A stretch of DNA of 64,000 nt, from NCBI GenBank assembly GCA_014380005.1, contig JACMKT010000189.1:18523-82522 (forward strand), in the 5' to 3' direction. The DNA comes from Rhodospirillales bacterium. GTDB taxonomy: Bacteria; Pseudomonadota; Alphaproteobacteria; Rhodospirillales; Magnetospirillaceae. The position numbers were made by a program, and so were the translations under genes. The notes under the pieces are model-generated. The model worked only from the letters and a program-made list of their open reading frames with translations. It searched no databases and had not been told where the DNA came from. Positions 15,594 through 25,465 of the stretch are shown one piece after another (the first letter of the stretch is position 1; every line of letters begins with the position of its first letter).

Positions 15594-17891
15594 ATGATGT
15601 TTTCCGCGCCCAGCGTGGTCCATGGCGCGCTGATCGGCACCATTGTACTGGTGGCGGCCATGGCTTTCGTTGGCCGGTCGCCCGCTGCGCCGCGCGGTTT
15701 GACGCTATTCGCCGTCGCCTTTGCCCTGCATGTGGCCCGCTATCTGCTGCTGTTGGCGATGCCGGTGTTGGGTGGCCCCCTGGCGCTGGTCTTGGCGGAG
15801 GCCGCCCATGCCGGTTCCGGCGCGGTCATGCTGGCTGCCACCGCCATGGAGTTGCGCCGTCCGCCGCCTCGCCGCACTTTGTTCGCGCTGTGGGTCGGTA
15901 TGGTTGCGGCGCTGGCCGTCGGCGTGCCGCTGTTTGGCGACATGGCCACGGCTCCCGTCAGCCTGTTCGTCGGTGCGGTGATGATGGCGGCGGCGGCGGC
16001 GTTCTGGCTGCGCGCCCGCAAGGCGCCAGGGGCGGGCTATCGTGCCGTGGCGGTCTTGCTGGCGCTGTGGGGCCTGCACAAATGGGACGCACCCTGGCTG
16101 ATGCAGGTGGAATGGCTGCGCCCCTACGGCTTCATGGTGTCGGAGCTACTGGCTATCGGGTTGGGAGTGGCGCTGCTGCTGGCCTCGGACCGTGAGCGCC
16201 GCTATGCCGAAATGGAGGCGCGCCGCCGTTCCGAGGGCCTGTTGCGCCTGCAGGGCGAGGCCATGGAGGCCACTGCCAACGCCATCTTCATTACCGACCG
16301 CGCCGGTCGCATCGAATGGAGCAACGCCGCCTTCACCCGCCTGTCCGGCTGGACTGGAGAAGAAGCGCGCAAGCGCGGCGCCCGCCGGCTGCTCATGGGC
16401 GGCGACCGCGACCGCCGTTTCCAGGAGGCCCTGGAGCAGGGCCGTGTCTGGCGCGGTGAACTGAGCCTGCGCCGCAAGGACGGTACGCTTTATATCGTCG
16501 ATCAGACGGTGACGCCCATCGCCGACGACAAGGGAGGAACCGGCCATTACGTGGTGGTGCAGGAAGACGTCACCGAACGGCGCCAAGCCGAGGAACGCAT
16601 CCGTTTCCTGTCCAATCACGATGCCCTGACCGCCTTGCCCAATCGCTTGTTGTTCCGCGAGCATTTGCAGCGTGCCATCGCGCGGGCCAAGGCGGAGCGC
16701 AGCGGTTTGGCCGTGCTGTTCCTCGATCTCGATGATTTCAGCCATTACAACGACGTGCTTGGCCATGACGGCGGCGACCGTCTGCTGCTGCAATTGGTGG
16801 AGCGGTTGATGGCGTCGGCGCGGGGCGTGGAAACCCTTGGCCGGGTCGGCGGCGACGAATTCGCCGTGGTGCTGACCGGCGGTGGCGAAGCGGCGGCTGA
16901 AATGGCGCAGACCCTATTGGCAGCCGTGGTGCGGCCCTTCGATCTGGACGGCCACGAAGTTCAATTGGGCGCCAGCGTCGGTATTGCCTTGTATCCCGTG
17001 GATGGCGGCGATGCCGAGACGCTGATGAAAAATGCCGACGTGGCCATGTACCGCGCCATCCACGAAATCGCCAACGGCTACCGCTTCTTCGCCCCGGCCA
17101 TGGATGCCGAGTTGGCCGCTCGACGGCGTTTGGAAGGCGATTTGCGCCGTGCCGCCATTCGTGGGGAATTGGTGCTGCACTACCAGCCCATCGTCCGCAT
17201 TGTCGATCGCCGCATCATCGGCTTCGAAGCGCTGGTGCGTTGGAACCATCCGGAAGACGGTCTGATCCCGCCCAGCGAGTTCATCCCCCTGGCCGAGGAA
17301 AACGGCCTGATCGCCCCCATCGGCGAATGGGTGCTGACCGAGGCCTGCCGCCAAGCCGGCGAGTGGATCAAGGCCGGCCTGTCGCCGGTTCCCATCGCCG
17401 TCAATCTGTCGGCGGTGCAGATGAAGCGTCAGGGTTTGCCCATGCTGGTGCGCCGTATCCTCACCGAGGCCGGCTTGCCGCCGGGCCGGCTGGAGCTGGA
17501 ACTGACCGAAACCGCCATGATGGACGACCCCGAAGCCGCTGGCCGCGTACTGAGCGACATCGAGGCCATGGGCATGGGGCTGGCGGTGGACGATTTCGGC
17601 ACCGGCTATTCGTCGCTGGGCCGGCTCAAGCGCTTCCCGGTGTGCAAGCTGAAGATCGACCGTAGCTTCGTTGCCGACGTGGCCGACAACGCCAGCGACC
17701 GCGCCATTGCACGGGCCATCATTTCGCTGGCCCATGCGCTGGAGCTGTCCGTGGTGGCCGAAGGCGTCGAAACCGAAGCCCAATTCGCCATCCTGGCCGC
17801 CGAGGGCTGCGACTCGGTCCAGGGCTTCCTGTTCAGCCCGGGTGTTCCGGCTGAACAGGCGGCGGAGTTGTTGACGCGGGGCGGGTTCTAA
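15594..17891 (+). CDS. Multi-TM PAS-GGDEF-EAL protein
   Basis: About 7 hydrophobic segments, PAS, intact GGDEF, EAL and DDFGTGYSS; SD agagga 15581-15586. Confidence 0.9.
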   Translation: MMFSAPSVVHGALIGTIVLVAAMAFVGRSPAAPRGLTLFAVAFALHVARYLLLLAMPVLGGPLALVLAEAAHAGSGAVMLAATAMELRRPPPRRTLFALWVGMVAALAVGVPLFGDMATAPVSLFVGAVMMAAAAAFWLRARKAPGAGYRAVAVLLALWGLHKWDAPWLMQVEWLRPYGFMVSELLAIGLGVALLLASDRERRYAEMEARRRSEGLLRLQGEAMEATANAIFITDRAGRIEWSNAAFTRLSGWTGEEARKRGARRLLMGGDRDRRFQEALEQGRVWRGELSLRRKDGTLYIVDQTVTPIADDKGGTGHYVVVQEDVTERRQAEERIRFLSNHDALTALPNRLLFREHLQRAIARAKAERSGLAVLFLDLDDFSHYNDVLGHDGGDRLLLQLVERLMASARGVETLGRVGGDEFAVVLTGGGEAAAEMAQTLLAAVVRPFDLDGHEVQLGASVGIALYPVDGGDAETLMKNADVAMYRAIHEIANGYRFFAPAMDAELAARRRLEGDLRRAAIRGELVLHYQPIVRIVDRRIIGFEALVRWNHPEDGLIPPSEFIPLAEENGLIAPIGEWVLTEACRQAGEWIKAGLSPVPIAVNLSAVQMKRQGLPMLVRRILTEAGLPPGRLELELTETAMMDDPEAAGRVLSDIEAMGMGLAVDDFGTGYSSLGRLKRFPVCKLKIDRSFVADVADNASDRAIARAIISLAHALELSVVAEGVETEAQFAILAAEGCDSVQGFLFSPGVPAEQAAELLTRGGF

Positions 17892-20614
17892 GCGTCCTCC
17901 GGCTCCGGCGTTGTCACCGGAGGCTTCTTCAAATCGAATTCCACCTCGACGATGTCGCCATCAATGGTCTTGACCTGCACGAAGCCCAGATGCTCGACGA
18001 ATTTGAGCATGCGCAGATTGTCCCGCAGCACTTGGCCGACGATGGCGTCGGTGCCGCGCGAACGGCAGTACTCAATCATCTTTGCCAGCAGGCGTTTGCC
18101 CAAGCCGGTGCCCTTGAGGTCCGAACGCACCAGCACGGCGAATTCGGCCTTTTCGTTGTCCGGGTCGGTGATTGTGCGGCAGACGCCCAGGGTTTCTTTC
18201 ACGCCATCGGGATGGATGTACTCGCCGATGAACGCCATTTCGCGGTCGTAATCGATCTGGGTCAACCGCGCCATTTCCGTATGGGGCAGTTCGTGCACCA
18301 AGCCGAAGAAGCGGAAGCGGATGTCCTCGGCGGTCATTTTCGACACTAGGACGTGGTGGTTGGGCTCGTCCTCGGGGCGGATGGGGCGCAGCATGACCTT
18401 GCGCCCGGTGCCGTCCTTCATGGTGAAGATTTCTTCCAATTCCGCCGGATAGGGGCGGATGGCAAGGCGGTCCAGATCGTTGCTTTTGGCCGGGGCGATC
18501 TTGATAGTGGCGTCCAGGGCGATCACGCCTTCGGAATCGCACCGCAGCGGGTTGATGTCCAACTCGACGATCTCGGGGAAGTCGATGATCATCTGCGACA
18601 CCTGGATCAAGGTGGCGTGCAGGGCATCCAGATTGGCCGGGGGACGGCCACGGTAACCGCGCAGCAGGGCGGCCACGCGGGTGCGCTGGACCAGTTCGGC
18701 GGCCAGATTCAGGTTCAGCGGCGGCAGGGCCACGGCGCGGTCACCGATGATCTCCACCGCCACGCCGCCCTGGCCGAACAGGATGACCGGGCCGAAGATG
18801 CGGTCGGTGGCGACGCCGACGATCAGTTCCTGGGTGCCGGGACGGCGCACGGCCATCTTTTGGACGGTGAAGCCTTCGATACGGGCGTCGGGGTAGGTTT
18901 CCGCCACTCGCGCCAGCATGGCGTTGGCGGCTTTTTCCACCTCGAACGGGCTTTCCAAATTCAGGATCACGCCGCCCACGTCGGATTTATGGACGATGTC
19001 GGGCGACAGGATTTTCAGCGCCACCGGGCCGTTGAGGCTTTTGGCGATGCGGCTGGCTTCCGCCGGGTGCCGCGCCATGCGGGTTTCGATGGTGGGGATG
19101 CCATAGGCGTCCAGCACCGCCTTAGCCTCGGTCTCGGTCAGGATGGTATCGCCGCGCGCCAGCACTTCGGCGATGATGTCACGCACGAAGACGGTGTCCG
19201 GGATGATGTCCGACGCCGCCGAGGCGGGGACTTCCATCAGCATTTCCTGGTTGCGCTTGTATTCCAGCAAATGCAGGAAGCCTTGCACGGCGGCGTAGGG
19301 GGTCTCGAAGGTGGGCACCGCCGCGTCGGCGAACAGGCGCCGCGCATGGGCAACCTTCTCGCTGCCGACCCAGCAGGTCATGATGTTGGCGCGGGTACGC
19401 TCCTTGAACACCTTGATGACCGCGTCGGCCACTTCATCGGGGTCGGAGATGGCGGTGGGGGCATACATCACCAGCAGGCCATCGATGGCCTTGCTGTCCA
19501 GCAGGATGCCCATGGCCTTGGCGTAACGTTCGCCGGTGGCATCGCCCACGATGTCGATGGGATTGCCGCGCGACCAATTGGGCGGCAACACTTGGTTCAG
19601 CTTCTCGAGGATTTCCTCGGGAATTTCCGCCAGCATGCCGCCGCCATCGGACAGGTCGTCGGCGGCAACCACGCCGATGCCGCCGCCATTGGTCAGGATG
19701 GCAAGGCGTTTTCCCTTGACCGGACGGGACCGCGCCAAGGTTTCCACCGCGCCGAACAATTCGTCGATGTCCTTCACCCGCAGCATGCCGGCGCGGCGGA
19801 TGGCGGCGTCGAACACCAGATCAGACCCGGCCAAATTGCCGGTATGGGAGCTGGCGGCCAGGGCGCCCTCAGCCGAGCGCCCCGCCTTGATGACCAGGAC
19901 CGGTTTGTTGCGGGCGGCAGCGCGGGCGGCGGACATGAAGTTGCGCCGCTCTTCCAGGGTTTCCAGATAGATCAGGATGGCCCGCGTATAGGGGTCAGAA
20001 CCCAGATAATCGAGAATGTCACCGATGCTGATATCGGCGCTGTCACCGGTATGGATGAAGTGCGAGAAGCCGATGCCCTTGGTGCAGGCCCAATCCAGCA
20101 CGGCGGTGCACAAGGCGCCCGATTGCGACACGAAGGCGATCTTGCCCTTCAGCGCGTCCTCGGGGGCGAAGCTGGCGTTCAGGCCGATGCCGGGCACCAG
20201 GATGCCCATGGAATTGGGGCCAAGGATGCGCAGGCCGAATGGCTTGGCTTCGGCGCGGGTCAATTCCAGCAGAGTCTTTCCGCTTTCGTCGCGCAGTTGG
20301 CCCAGCGCCGGGGTCATGACGCAGGCGGCCTTGGTGCCCCGTTCGCCCAGTGCGCGGATGATGCCGGGCACGGTGGCTGCGGGGGTGCAGATCACGGCAA
20401 GGTCGGGAACGATGGGCAGGCTGGCCACGTCGGGATATGCCAGCACGCCCGCCACGGATTCGTGGTCGGCGGTTACCGGAATGATCGGGCCGGCGAAATT
20501 CGCCTGCAACAGATTCTTCATCACCACCCAGCCAGGAGCCTTGGCCTGGGTGGTGGCGCCGATCACGGCCACGGATTGCGGGCGGAAGAGAGCCTTTAGG
20601 TTGCGTACGCTCAT
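17888..20614 (-). CDS. Bifunctional acetate-CoA ligase-like / GNAT protein lysine acetyltransferase (Pat/PatZ family)
   Basis: PQSVAVIGA, ILGPNS, SQSGA, SHTG, HKSDVGGV, FGPVILFG; C-terminal GNAT (LRPIRPED, IDYDREMA, GTGLG). Confidence 0.92.
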   Translation of the reverse strand: MSVRNLKALFRPQSVAVIGATTQAKAPGWVVMKNLLQANFAGPIIPVTADHESVAGVLAYPDVASLPIVPDLAVICTPAATVPGIIRALGERGTKAACVMTPALGQLRDESGKTLLELTRAEAKPFGLRILGPNSMGILVPGIGLNASFAPEDALKGKIAFVSQSGALCTAVLDWACTKGIGFSHFIHTGDSADISIGDILDYLGSDPYTRAILIYLETLEERRNFMSAARAAARNKPVLVIKAGRSAEGALAASSHTGNLAGSDLVFDAAIRRAGMLRVKDIDELFGAVETLARSRPVKGKRLAILTNGGGIGVVAADDLSDGGGMLAEIPEEILEKLNQVLPPNWSRGNPIDIVGDATGERYAKAMGILLDSKAIDGLLVMYAPTAISDPDEVADAVIKVFKERTRANIMTCWVGSEKVAHARRLFADAAVPTFETPYAAVQGFLHLLEYKRNQEMLMEVPASAASDIIPDTVFVRDIIAEVLARGDTILTETEAKAVLDAYGIPTIETRMARHPAEASRIAKSLNGPVALKILSPDIVHKSDVGGVILNLESPFEVEKAANAMLARVAETYPDARIEGFTVQKMAVRRPGTQELIVGVATDRIFGPVILFGQGGVAVEIIGDRAVALPPLNLNLAAELVQRTRVAALLRGYRGRPPANLDALHATLIQVSQMIIDFPEIVELDINPLRCDSEGVIALDATIKIAPAKSNDLDRLAIRPYPAELEEIFTMKDGTGRKVMLRPIRPEDEPNHHVLVSKMTAEDIRFRFFGLVHELPHTEMARLTQIDYDREMAFIGEYIHPDGVKETLGVCRTITDPDNEKAEFAVLVRSDLKGTGLGKRLLAKMIEYCRSRGTDAIVGQVLRDNLRMLKFVEHLGFVQVKTIDGDIVEVEFDLKKPPVTTPEPEDA

Positions 20615-20952
20615 TGGTCCCCAGCTATACCATGGTCTAGTTTGAGCCACAGTACCCCCAGACCATTGTGCGCTGCAACACGCCCAAAGGGCATGGCGGA
20701 CATGAACCTTCGACCAAAGGCCCCACCCAAATGGGTAGGTCTGGGTGGGCGTCGACCTCTCAACCCCTTGAGTTTCCGCCGATTTCTTGTTCTGATCCGG
20801 CCAATGGACAGTCTGTGCCAGCTTTCACCTTTGAGGTATAGCATGACCAATCGGTGAAGGATTCTGGACAGACGTTGTATCTCCATAGGGATGGTCCGTA
20901 TATTCCGCACCGCAACAAACGAGTCCCGCCTGACCCGGACAAGGAGACGAGA

Positions 20953-22365
20953 ATGGTCGAGATGATGGAAAACCGGACGTGGGATGAGATCTCGGTTGGT
21001 GATAGCGCCACCCTGACTCGGACCTGCCGGATGGAGGATGTGGAGCTGTTCGGTGTCGCCACCGGCGACCACAACCCCACTCACTACTTGGCCGAGCAGG
21101 CGCAGCAGCTGGCCCATCATCGCAAGGTCCTTGCCCATTCCATGTGGGGTGGCTCGCTGGTGTCGGCCTTGCTGGGCAACGAATTGCCCGGTCCGGGAAC
21201 CATCTATAAGAGCCAGGATTTCGACTTCATTCAGGCTGTCGAGGTGGGGGACACCCTGACGTTGACCGTCACCGTGGTCGAGAAGAACGCCCCCAATCTG
21301 CTGAGCTTCAACTGCGTGGCAGTCAATCAGAAGGCCGAGACGGTCTTCCAGGGCCATGCCAGCGTCTACGCCCCCACCGTCAAGGTGATGCAGCCCAAGA
21401 TGGAGCTGCATGAGGTCTCGCTGCGCCGGCGCCATCACGTGTTTGAAGACATCATCGAGCGCTGCGCCCCGCTGGCGCCCATCTCCGTGGCGGTGTGCCA
21501 TCCCTGCGACCCGGTGTCGCTGGAAGGCCCCATGGATGCGTATATGCTTGGCCTGATCACCCCCATCCTGGTCGGCCCCGAGGCCAAGATCCGCTCGCTG
21601 GCGGCGGAGCTGAACTTCGACATGACCGGCGTTCGTATCATCGATACCCAGCACAGCCATGAATCGGCGGAAAAGGCCGTGGCCCTGTGCCGCTCCGGCG
21701 AGGCCGAGGCGTTGATGAAGGGCAGCCTGCACACCGACGAAATGATGCATGAAGTGGCGCGCCGCGACATCGGTCTGCGCACGGGCCGCCGCATCAGCCA
21801 TGTCTTCGTCATGGACGTGCCGACCTATCCCAAGACCCTGTTGATCTCGGACGCCGCCATCAACATCTACCCGACCTTGGAAGACAAGGTGGACATCTGC
21901 CAGAACGCCATCGATCTGGCCCATTGCCTGGACGTGCCCAAGCCCAAGGTGGCCATCCTGTCGGCGGTGGAGACGGTCTATCCCAAGATCAACTCCACCA
22001 TCGAAGCTGCCGCCCTGTGCAAGATGGCCGATCGCGGCCAGATCACCGGCGGCGAGCTGGACGGCCCACTGGCCTTCGATAACGCCATTTCCATGGAAGC
22101 GGCGAAGATCAAGAAGATCGTCTCACCCGTGGCCGGTCAGGCCGACATCTTGCTGGTGCCCGATCTGGAAGCCGGCAACATGCTGGCCAAGCAACTGAGC
22201 TATTTGGCCGAGGCCGATGCCGCCGGTATCGTGCTGGGCGCCCGTGTTCCCATCGTGCTGACCAGCCGCGCCGATTCCGCCAAGGCCCGTCTGGCGTCCT
22301 GTGCCGTCGCCGTGCTGTTCGCCCATGCGCGCCGCATCAAAGCCGCCAAGGTGGCTGCCGAATAA
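20953..22365 (+). CDS. Bifunctional MaoC enoyl-CoA hydratase / phosphate acetyl(butyryl)transferase
   Basis: TGDHNPTH and LPGPG (MaoC), then MKGSLHT, DGPLAFDNA, PDLEAGNM, LTSRAD; SD aaggag 20941-20946. Confidence 0.92.
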   Translation: MVEMMENRTWDEISVGDSATLTRTCRMEDVELFGVATGDHNPTHYLAEQAQQLAHHRKVLAHSMWGGSLVSALLGNELPGPGTIYKSQDFDFIQAVEVGDTLTLTVTVVEKNAPNLLSFNCVAVNQKAETVFQGHASVYAPTVKVMQPKMELHEVSLRRRHHVFEDIIERCAPLAPISVAVCHPCDPVSLEGPMDAYMLGLITPILVGPEAKIRSLAAELNFDMTGVRIIDTQHSHESAEKAVALCRSGEAEALMKGSLHTDEMMHEVARRDIGLRTGRRISHVFVMDVPTYPKTLLISDAAINIYPTLEDKVDICQNAIDLAHCLDVPKPKVAILSAVETVYPKINSTIEAAALCKMADRGQITGGELDGPLAFDNAISMEAAKIKKIVSPVAGQADILLVPDLEAGNMLAKQLSYLAEADAAGIVLGARVPIVLTSRADSAKARLASCAVAVLFAHARRIKAAKVAAE

Positions 22366-22382
22366 GAAGAAAGGATTTTCTT

Positions 22383-23585
22383 ATGCGTGACGGTATTCTC
22401 GTCATCAACGCTGGCTCTTCGTCCATCAAGTTCTCGCTGTATCTGTCCAATGGCGACGGTAAGCCCATGCTGTCCTCCAAGGGCCAAGTGGAGGGCATCG
22501 ACGTCGCCCCCCATTTCATCGCCCAAGGCCCCGATGGCACCGTGCTGTCCGAACAGCGTTGGCCCGGTGACAGCGATCTGCATCACGAAGACCTGCTCAA
22601 GCACCTGATCGACTGGGTCGAGGACAATCTGGATGGCGCCGAGTTGCGCGCCGCCGGACACCGGGTCGTCCATGGCGGCCCGAAATACTCCACCCCGGTG
22701 CTGGTGAATGACGCTCTGCTGGACGAGCTGGAAAGCTTCGTGCCGTTGGCGCCGTTGCACCAGCCGCACAATCTGGCGCCCATCAAGGCGCTGGCCAAGG
22801 TGCATCCCGGTCTGATGCAGGTGGCGTGCTTCGATACCGCCTTCCACCGCAGCAACCCCGCCGTGGCGCAGACGTTTGCCCTGCCGCGTGCGCTGACCGA
22901 GGAAGGCGTGCGCCGTTACGGCTTCCACGGCCTGTCCTATGAGTTCATCGCGCGGCGCCTGCGCGAGATCGCGCCGGAGCAGGCCGCCGGTAAGGTGGTG
23001 GTGTGCCATCTGGGCTCCGGTGCCTCCATGTGCGCCATCAAGGACGGCCAGTCCGTGGCTTCGACCATGGGCTTCACCGCGCTCGACGGTCTGCCCATGG
23101 GCACCCGCACCGGCACCATGGATGCCGGCGTGGTGCTGTATCTGCTGCAGCAGAAGGGCATGACCCCCAAGGAGATCGAGACGCTGCTGTACAAGCGTTC
23201 CGGCTTGTTGGGCGTGTCGGGCATCTCCAACGACATGCGGGTGCTGCTGGAAAGCACCGATCCCCATGCCGCCGAAGCGGTGGAATTGTTCGTCTATCGC
23301 ATCGGCCGTGAGCTGGGCTCGTTGTCGGCGGCCATGGGTGGTCTGGATGCCTTGGTGTTCACCGCCGGCATCGGCGAGCGTTCAGTCCCGGTGCGCGAGA
23401 AGGTGTGTCAGGCGGCGGCGTGGCTGGGTGTCGATTTGGACAGTGCCGCCAACGCCAAGCATGGCCCGATCATCACCACCGCCGGAAGCAAGGTTCCGGT
23501 CTTCGTCATTCCCACAGATGAAGAGATGATGATCGCCAAGCATACCCGTAGCGTCTTGGGCAAGCTGGCCCAGGCCGCCGAATAG
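22383..23585 (+). CDS. ackA: Acetate/propionate kinase
   Basis: INAGSSSIK, GHRVVHGG, APLH, FDTAFH, YGFHGLS, VFTAGIGE, IPTDEE. Confidence 0.95.
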   Translation: MRDGILVINAGSSSIKFSLYLSNGDGKPMLSSKGQVEGIDVAPHFIAQGPDGTVLSEQRWPGDSDLHHEDLLKHLIDWVEDNLDGAELRAAGHRVVHGGPKYSTPVLVNDALLDELESFVPLAPLHQPHNLAPIKALAKVHPGLMQVACFDTAFHRSNPAVAQTFALPRALTEEGVRRYGFHGLSYEFIARRLREIAPEQAAGKVVVCHLGSGASMCAIKDGQSVASTMGFTALDGLPMGTRTGTMDAGVVLYLLQQKGMTPKEIETLLYKRSGLLGVSGISNDMRVLLESTDPHAAEAVELFVYRIGRELGSLSAAMGGLDALVFTAGIGERSVPVREKVCQAAAWLGVDLDSAANAKHGPIITTAGSKVPVFVIPTDEEMMIAKHTRSVLGKLAQAAE

Positions 23586-23608
23586 GTCTGCACTGGGCTG
23601 AAAGTCTT

Positions 23609-23642
23609 AGGAGCCCTCGGCCAATGGCCGGGGGCTCCTTTT
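23609..23642 (+). terminator. Rho-independent terminator
   Basis: aggagccctcggcc-aat-ggccgggggctcctttt. Confidence 0.85.
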
Positions 23643-23767
23643 CATTTCCATCGCGCAATCCCACATGCACCTATACCAAGGCGCATTCAATATATCCGTC
23701 TGGTGGAAAAGGACGAAAGCAGGCACAGTGTTGGCTGTGGCCCGGTTGCGAGAGGGAAGGGTAAGCC

Positions 23768-24151
23768 ATGCGTAAACTGCGGATGACCATCGGCTCGGTC
23801 ACCATTGAGGCAGAGCTGTTCGACACTCCTACCGCCGACGCGCTCTACGCTGCCGCCCCGTTTGAATCGCGCGCGACCACTTGGGGCGAGGAAGTCTATT
23901 TCACCGCTCCGGTACGGACTGAACGGGAAGCCGACGCCCGCGAGGTGGTGGAGCCGGGTGAACTGGCCTACCGCGTCGAAGGTGAAGCGGTGGTCATCGG
24001 TTTCGGTCCCACCCCCAATTCCCAAGCGGACGAAATCCGCCTCGCCATGCCGGCCAATGTGTGGGCACGCACCAGTGATGATGTGCGCCAATTGGCTAAG
24101 GTCGAGGCCGGCCAGTTGATCCGCGTCGAACCCATCCTTCCAGACATGTGA
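23768..24151 (+). CDS. Cyclophilin-like fold protein (DUF369/TM1367-like)
   Basis: TPTADAL, WGEEVYF, GELAY, IGFGPTP, ANVW. Confidence 0.78.
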   Translation: MRKLRMTIGSVTIEAELFDTPTADALYAAAPFESRATTWGEEVYFTAPVRTEREADAREVVEPGELAYRVEGEAVVIGFGPTPNSQADEIRLAMPANVWARTSDDVRQLAKVEAGQLIRVEPILPDM

Positions 24152-24158
24152 GGCCGCA

Positions 24159-24461
24159 ATGCGCCGCGTCGTCGTCCTCGGTGCCGGGAAGATCGGCGTT
24201 ACCGTGGCTGCCATGCTGACTGTCACCGTGGTGGGCAAGCGGGGCGGGTTGTTGACCCAGGAAAGCTGGGCCCAGAAAATCTATGGCGACAGCTTCGAGG
24301 GGGGCCGTTCCGCCATTCAGAAAACCACTGCCGCCGGTATCTGCGCCATGATTGATCTGCACGGCCAAGGGCTGTTGCCGGCCAAGGGCTTCGTCCGCCA
24401 GGAACAGGCCCGGCTGGAGGATGTGCTGAACAACCGCTTCGGCGCGGTGTATGGCGATTAG
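24159..24461 (+). pseudogene. Internally deleted saccharopine/L-lysine dehydrogenase-family remnant
   Basis: Rossmann start VVLGAGKIG is joined in frame directly to the family C-terminus (SAIQKTTAAGICA...GFVRQE...NRFG); only 100 aa. Confidence 0.75.
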
Positions 24462-24538
24462 CAATGTCCCAAAAGCGCCCCTTGCCGTCACCTGCGCCGC
24501 AGGTGTAGCGTCCGCACCCCAATGGATGGGAATGCCTG

Positions 24539-24793
24539 ATGAAGCTCACACGCCTTGCCCTTGTCGTTCTTGCCCCGCTGGTTCTGGCCGGTTGCGGGGT
24601 GCCTGACCTTGTCGCCCATGGGGTCAAGTCCTACGAAAAGAGCCAGGAGCGCGGCCAGCCTCAGCCGGCAATCGCCCAGCCCGTGCAGCCGGCGCCCACC
24701 TATCAGCCCGCCCGCTATGAGCCTGAACCGCAATCGGAGCCGGTCACCGGCGTGCCGGCGCGGGAAACCGTGGTGGCTGAGCCGCTGCGTTAG
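24539..24793 (+). CDS. Small Pro/Gln-rich lipoprotein
   Basis: MKLTRLALVVLAPLVLAGC lipobox followed by a low-complexity tail. Confidence 0.7.
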   Translation: MKLTRLALVVLAPLVLAGCGVPDLVAHGVKSYEKSQERGQPQPAIAQPVQPAPTYQPARYEPEPQSEPVTGVPARETVVAEPLR

Positions 24794-25263
24794 GACGCTG
24801 TCCTGCGCACCATGGCAAGGATTGCAGCGCAATAGGGTAGCAATCGACCAACGGCTGCCGGGGTGAAAGCGCGTTTGGTTACCGCGTTGAAGAAGACGAA
24901 GCCGATGAAATAGCCGTCCTCGCTGACCGGCATCGTCAGGCTGGAGTGATAGCCCGCCGCGCGGAGCTCTGTCGTATGGACGCTGCTGTCGCGGCCATAG
25001 CTGAATAGATCATCGACGATGCGCGGCGCGTCACCGGTGGCAAGAATGGCCAAAGACGGCACTTCTTCCAAATCGATCTCATAATCCTTCAACGGGTCAT
25101 GCCCGATGGAGGCGGCTGCCAAGGAGCGTAGGCAGTTGCGCTGGTGGTCGTAAAGGGCGACCGAAAGCCGTTCTACGCTGCCACATTCCGGCAGCCGGCG
25201 GATTTCTCCCAGCAGATCGGAAAGGCGCCGGTCACTTGCTTGCCCGCTGGTGATAATGCCCAT
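24790..25263 (-). CDS. Stand-alone GAF-domain protein
   Basis: RLSVALYD, PRIVDDL, GYHSSLTMPV, IGFVFFN; SD gggaga before MGIITSG. Confidence 0.72.
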   Translation of the reverse strand: MGIITSGQASDRRLSDLLGEIRRLPECGSVERLSVALYDHQRNCLRSLAAASIGHDPLKDYEIDLEEVPSLAILATGDAPRIVDDLFSYGRDSSVHTTELRAAGYHSSLTMPVSEDGYFIGFVFFNAVTKRAFTPAAVGRLLPYCAAILAMVRRTAS

Positions 25264-25465
25264 GGCCGGACGTCTCCCTTCGGTCTGAGCCATATTGTAG
25301 GGAGGGTGTATGCCGTGGGGCAGTCTTCTGAAGTATAGTTTCTGTGCGTAAGTTCTTGTTGCAATGCGAATAATAATTGAGGTTGTCGAACTATACATTC
25401 GTCATAATTGAGATTACCTGCGCCTCATCCCCATATATTGCTATAAGTATTTCATAAGGTGTCCA

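Noticed and set aside
18353-20599. 748-aa antisense ORF (likewise 37328-38980, 51776-53059, 43059-44297)
   Set aside because: Mirror frames of well-supported genes; stop codons are scarce in GC-rich DNA.
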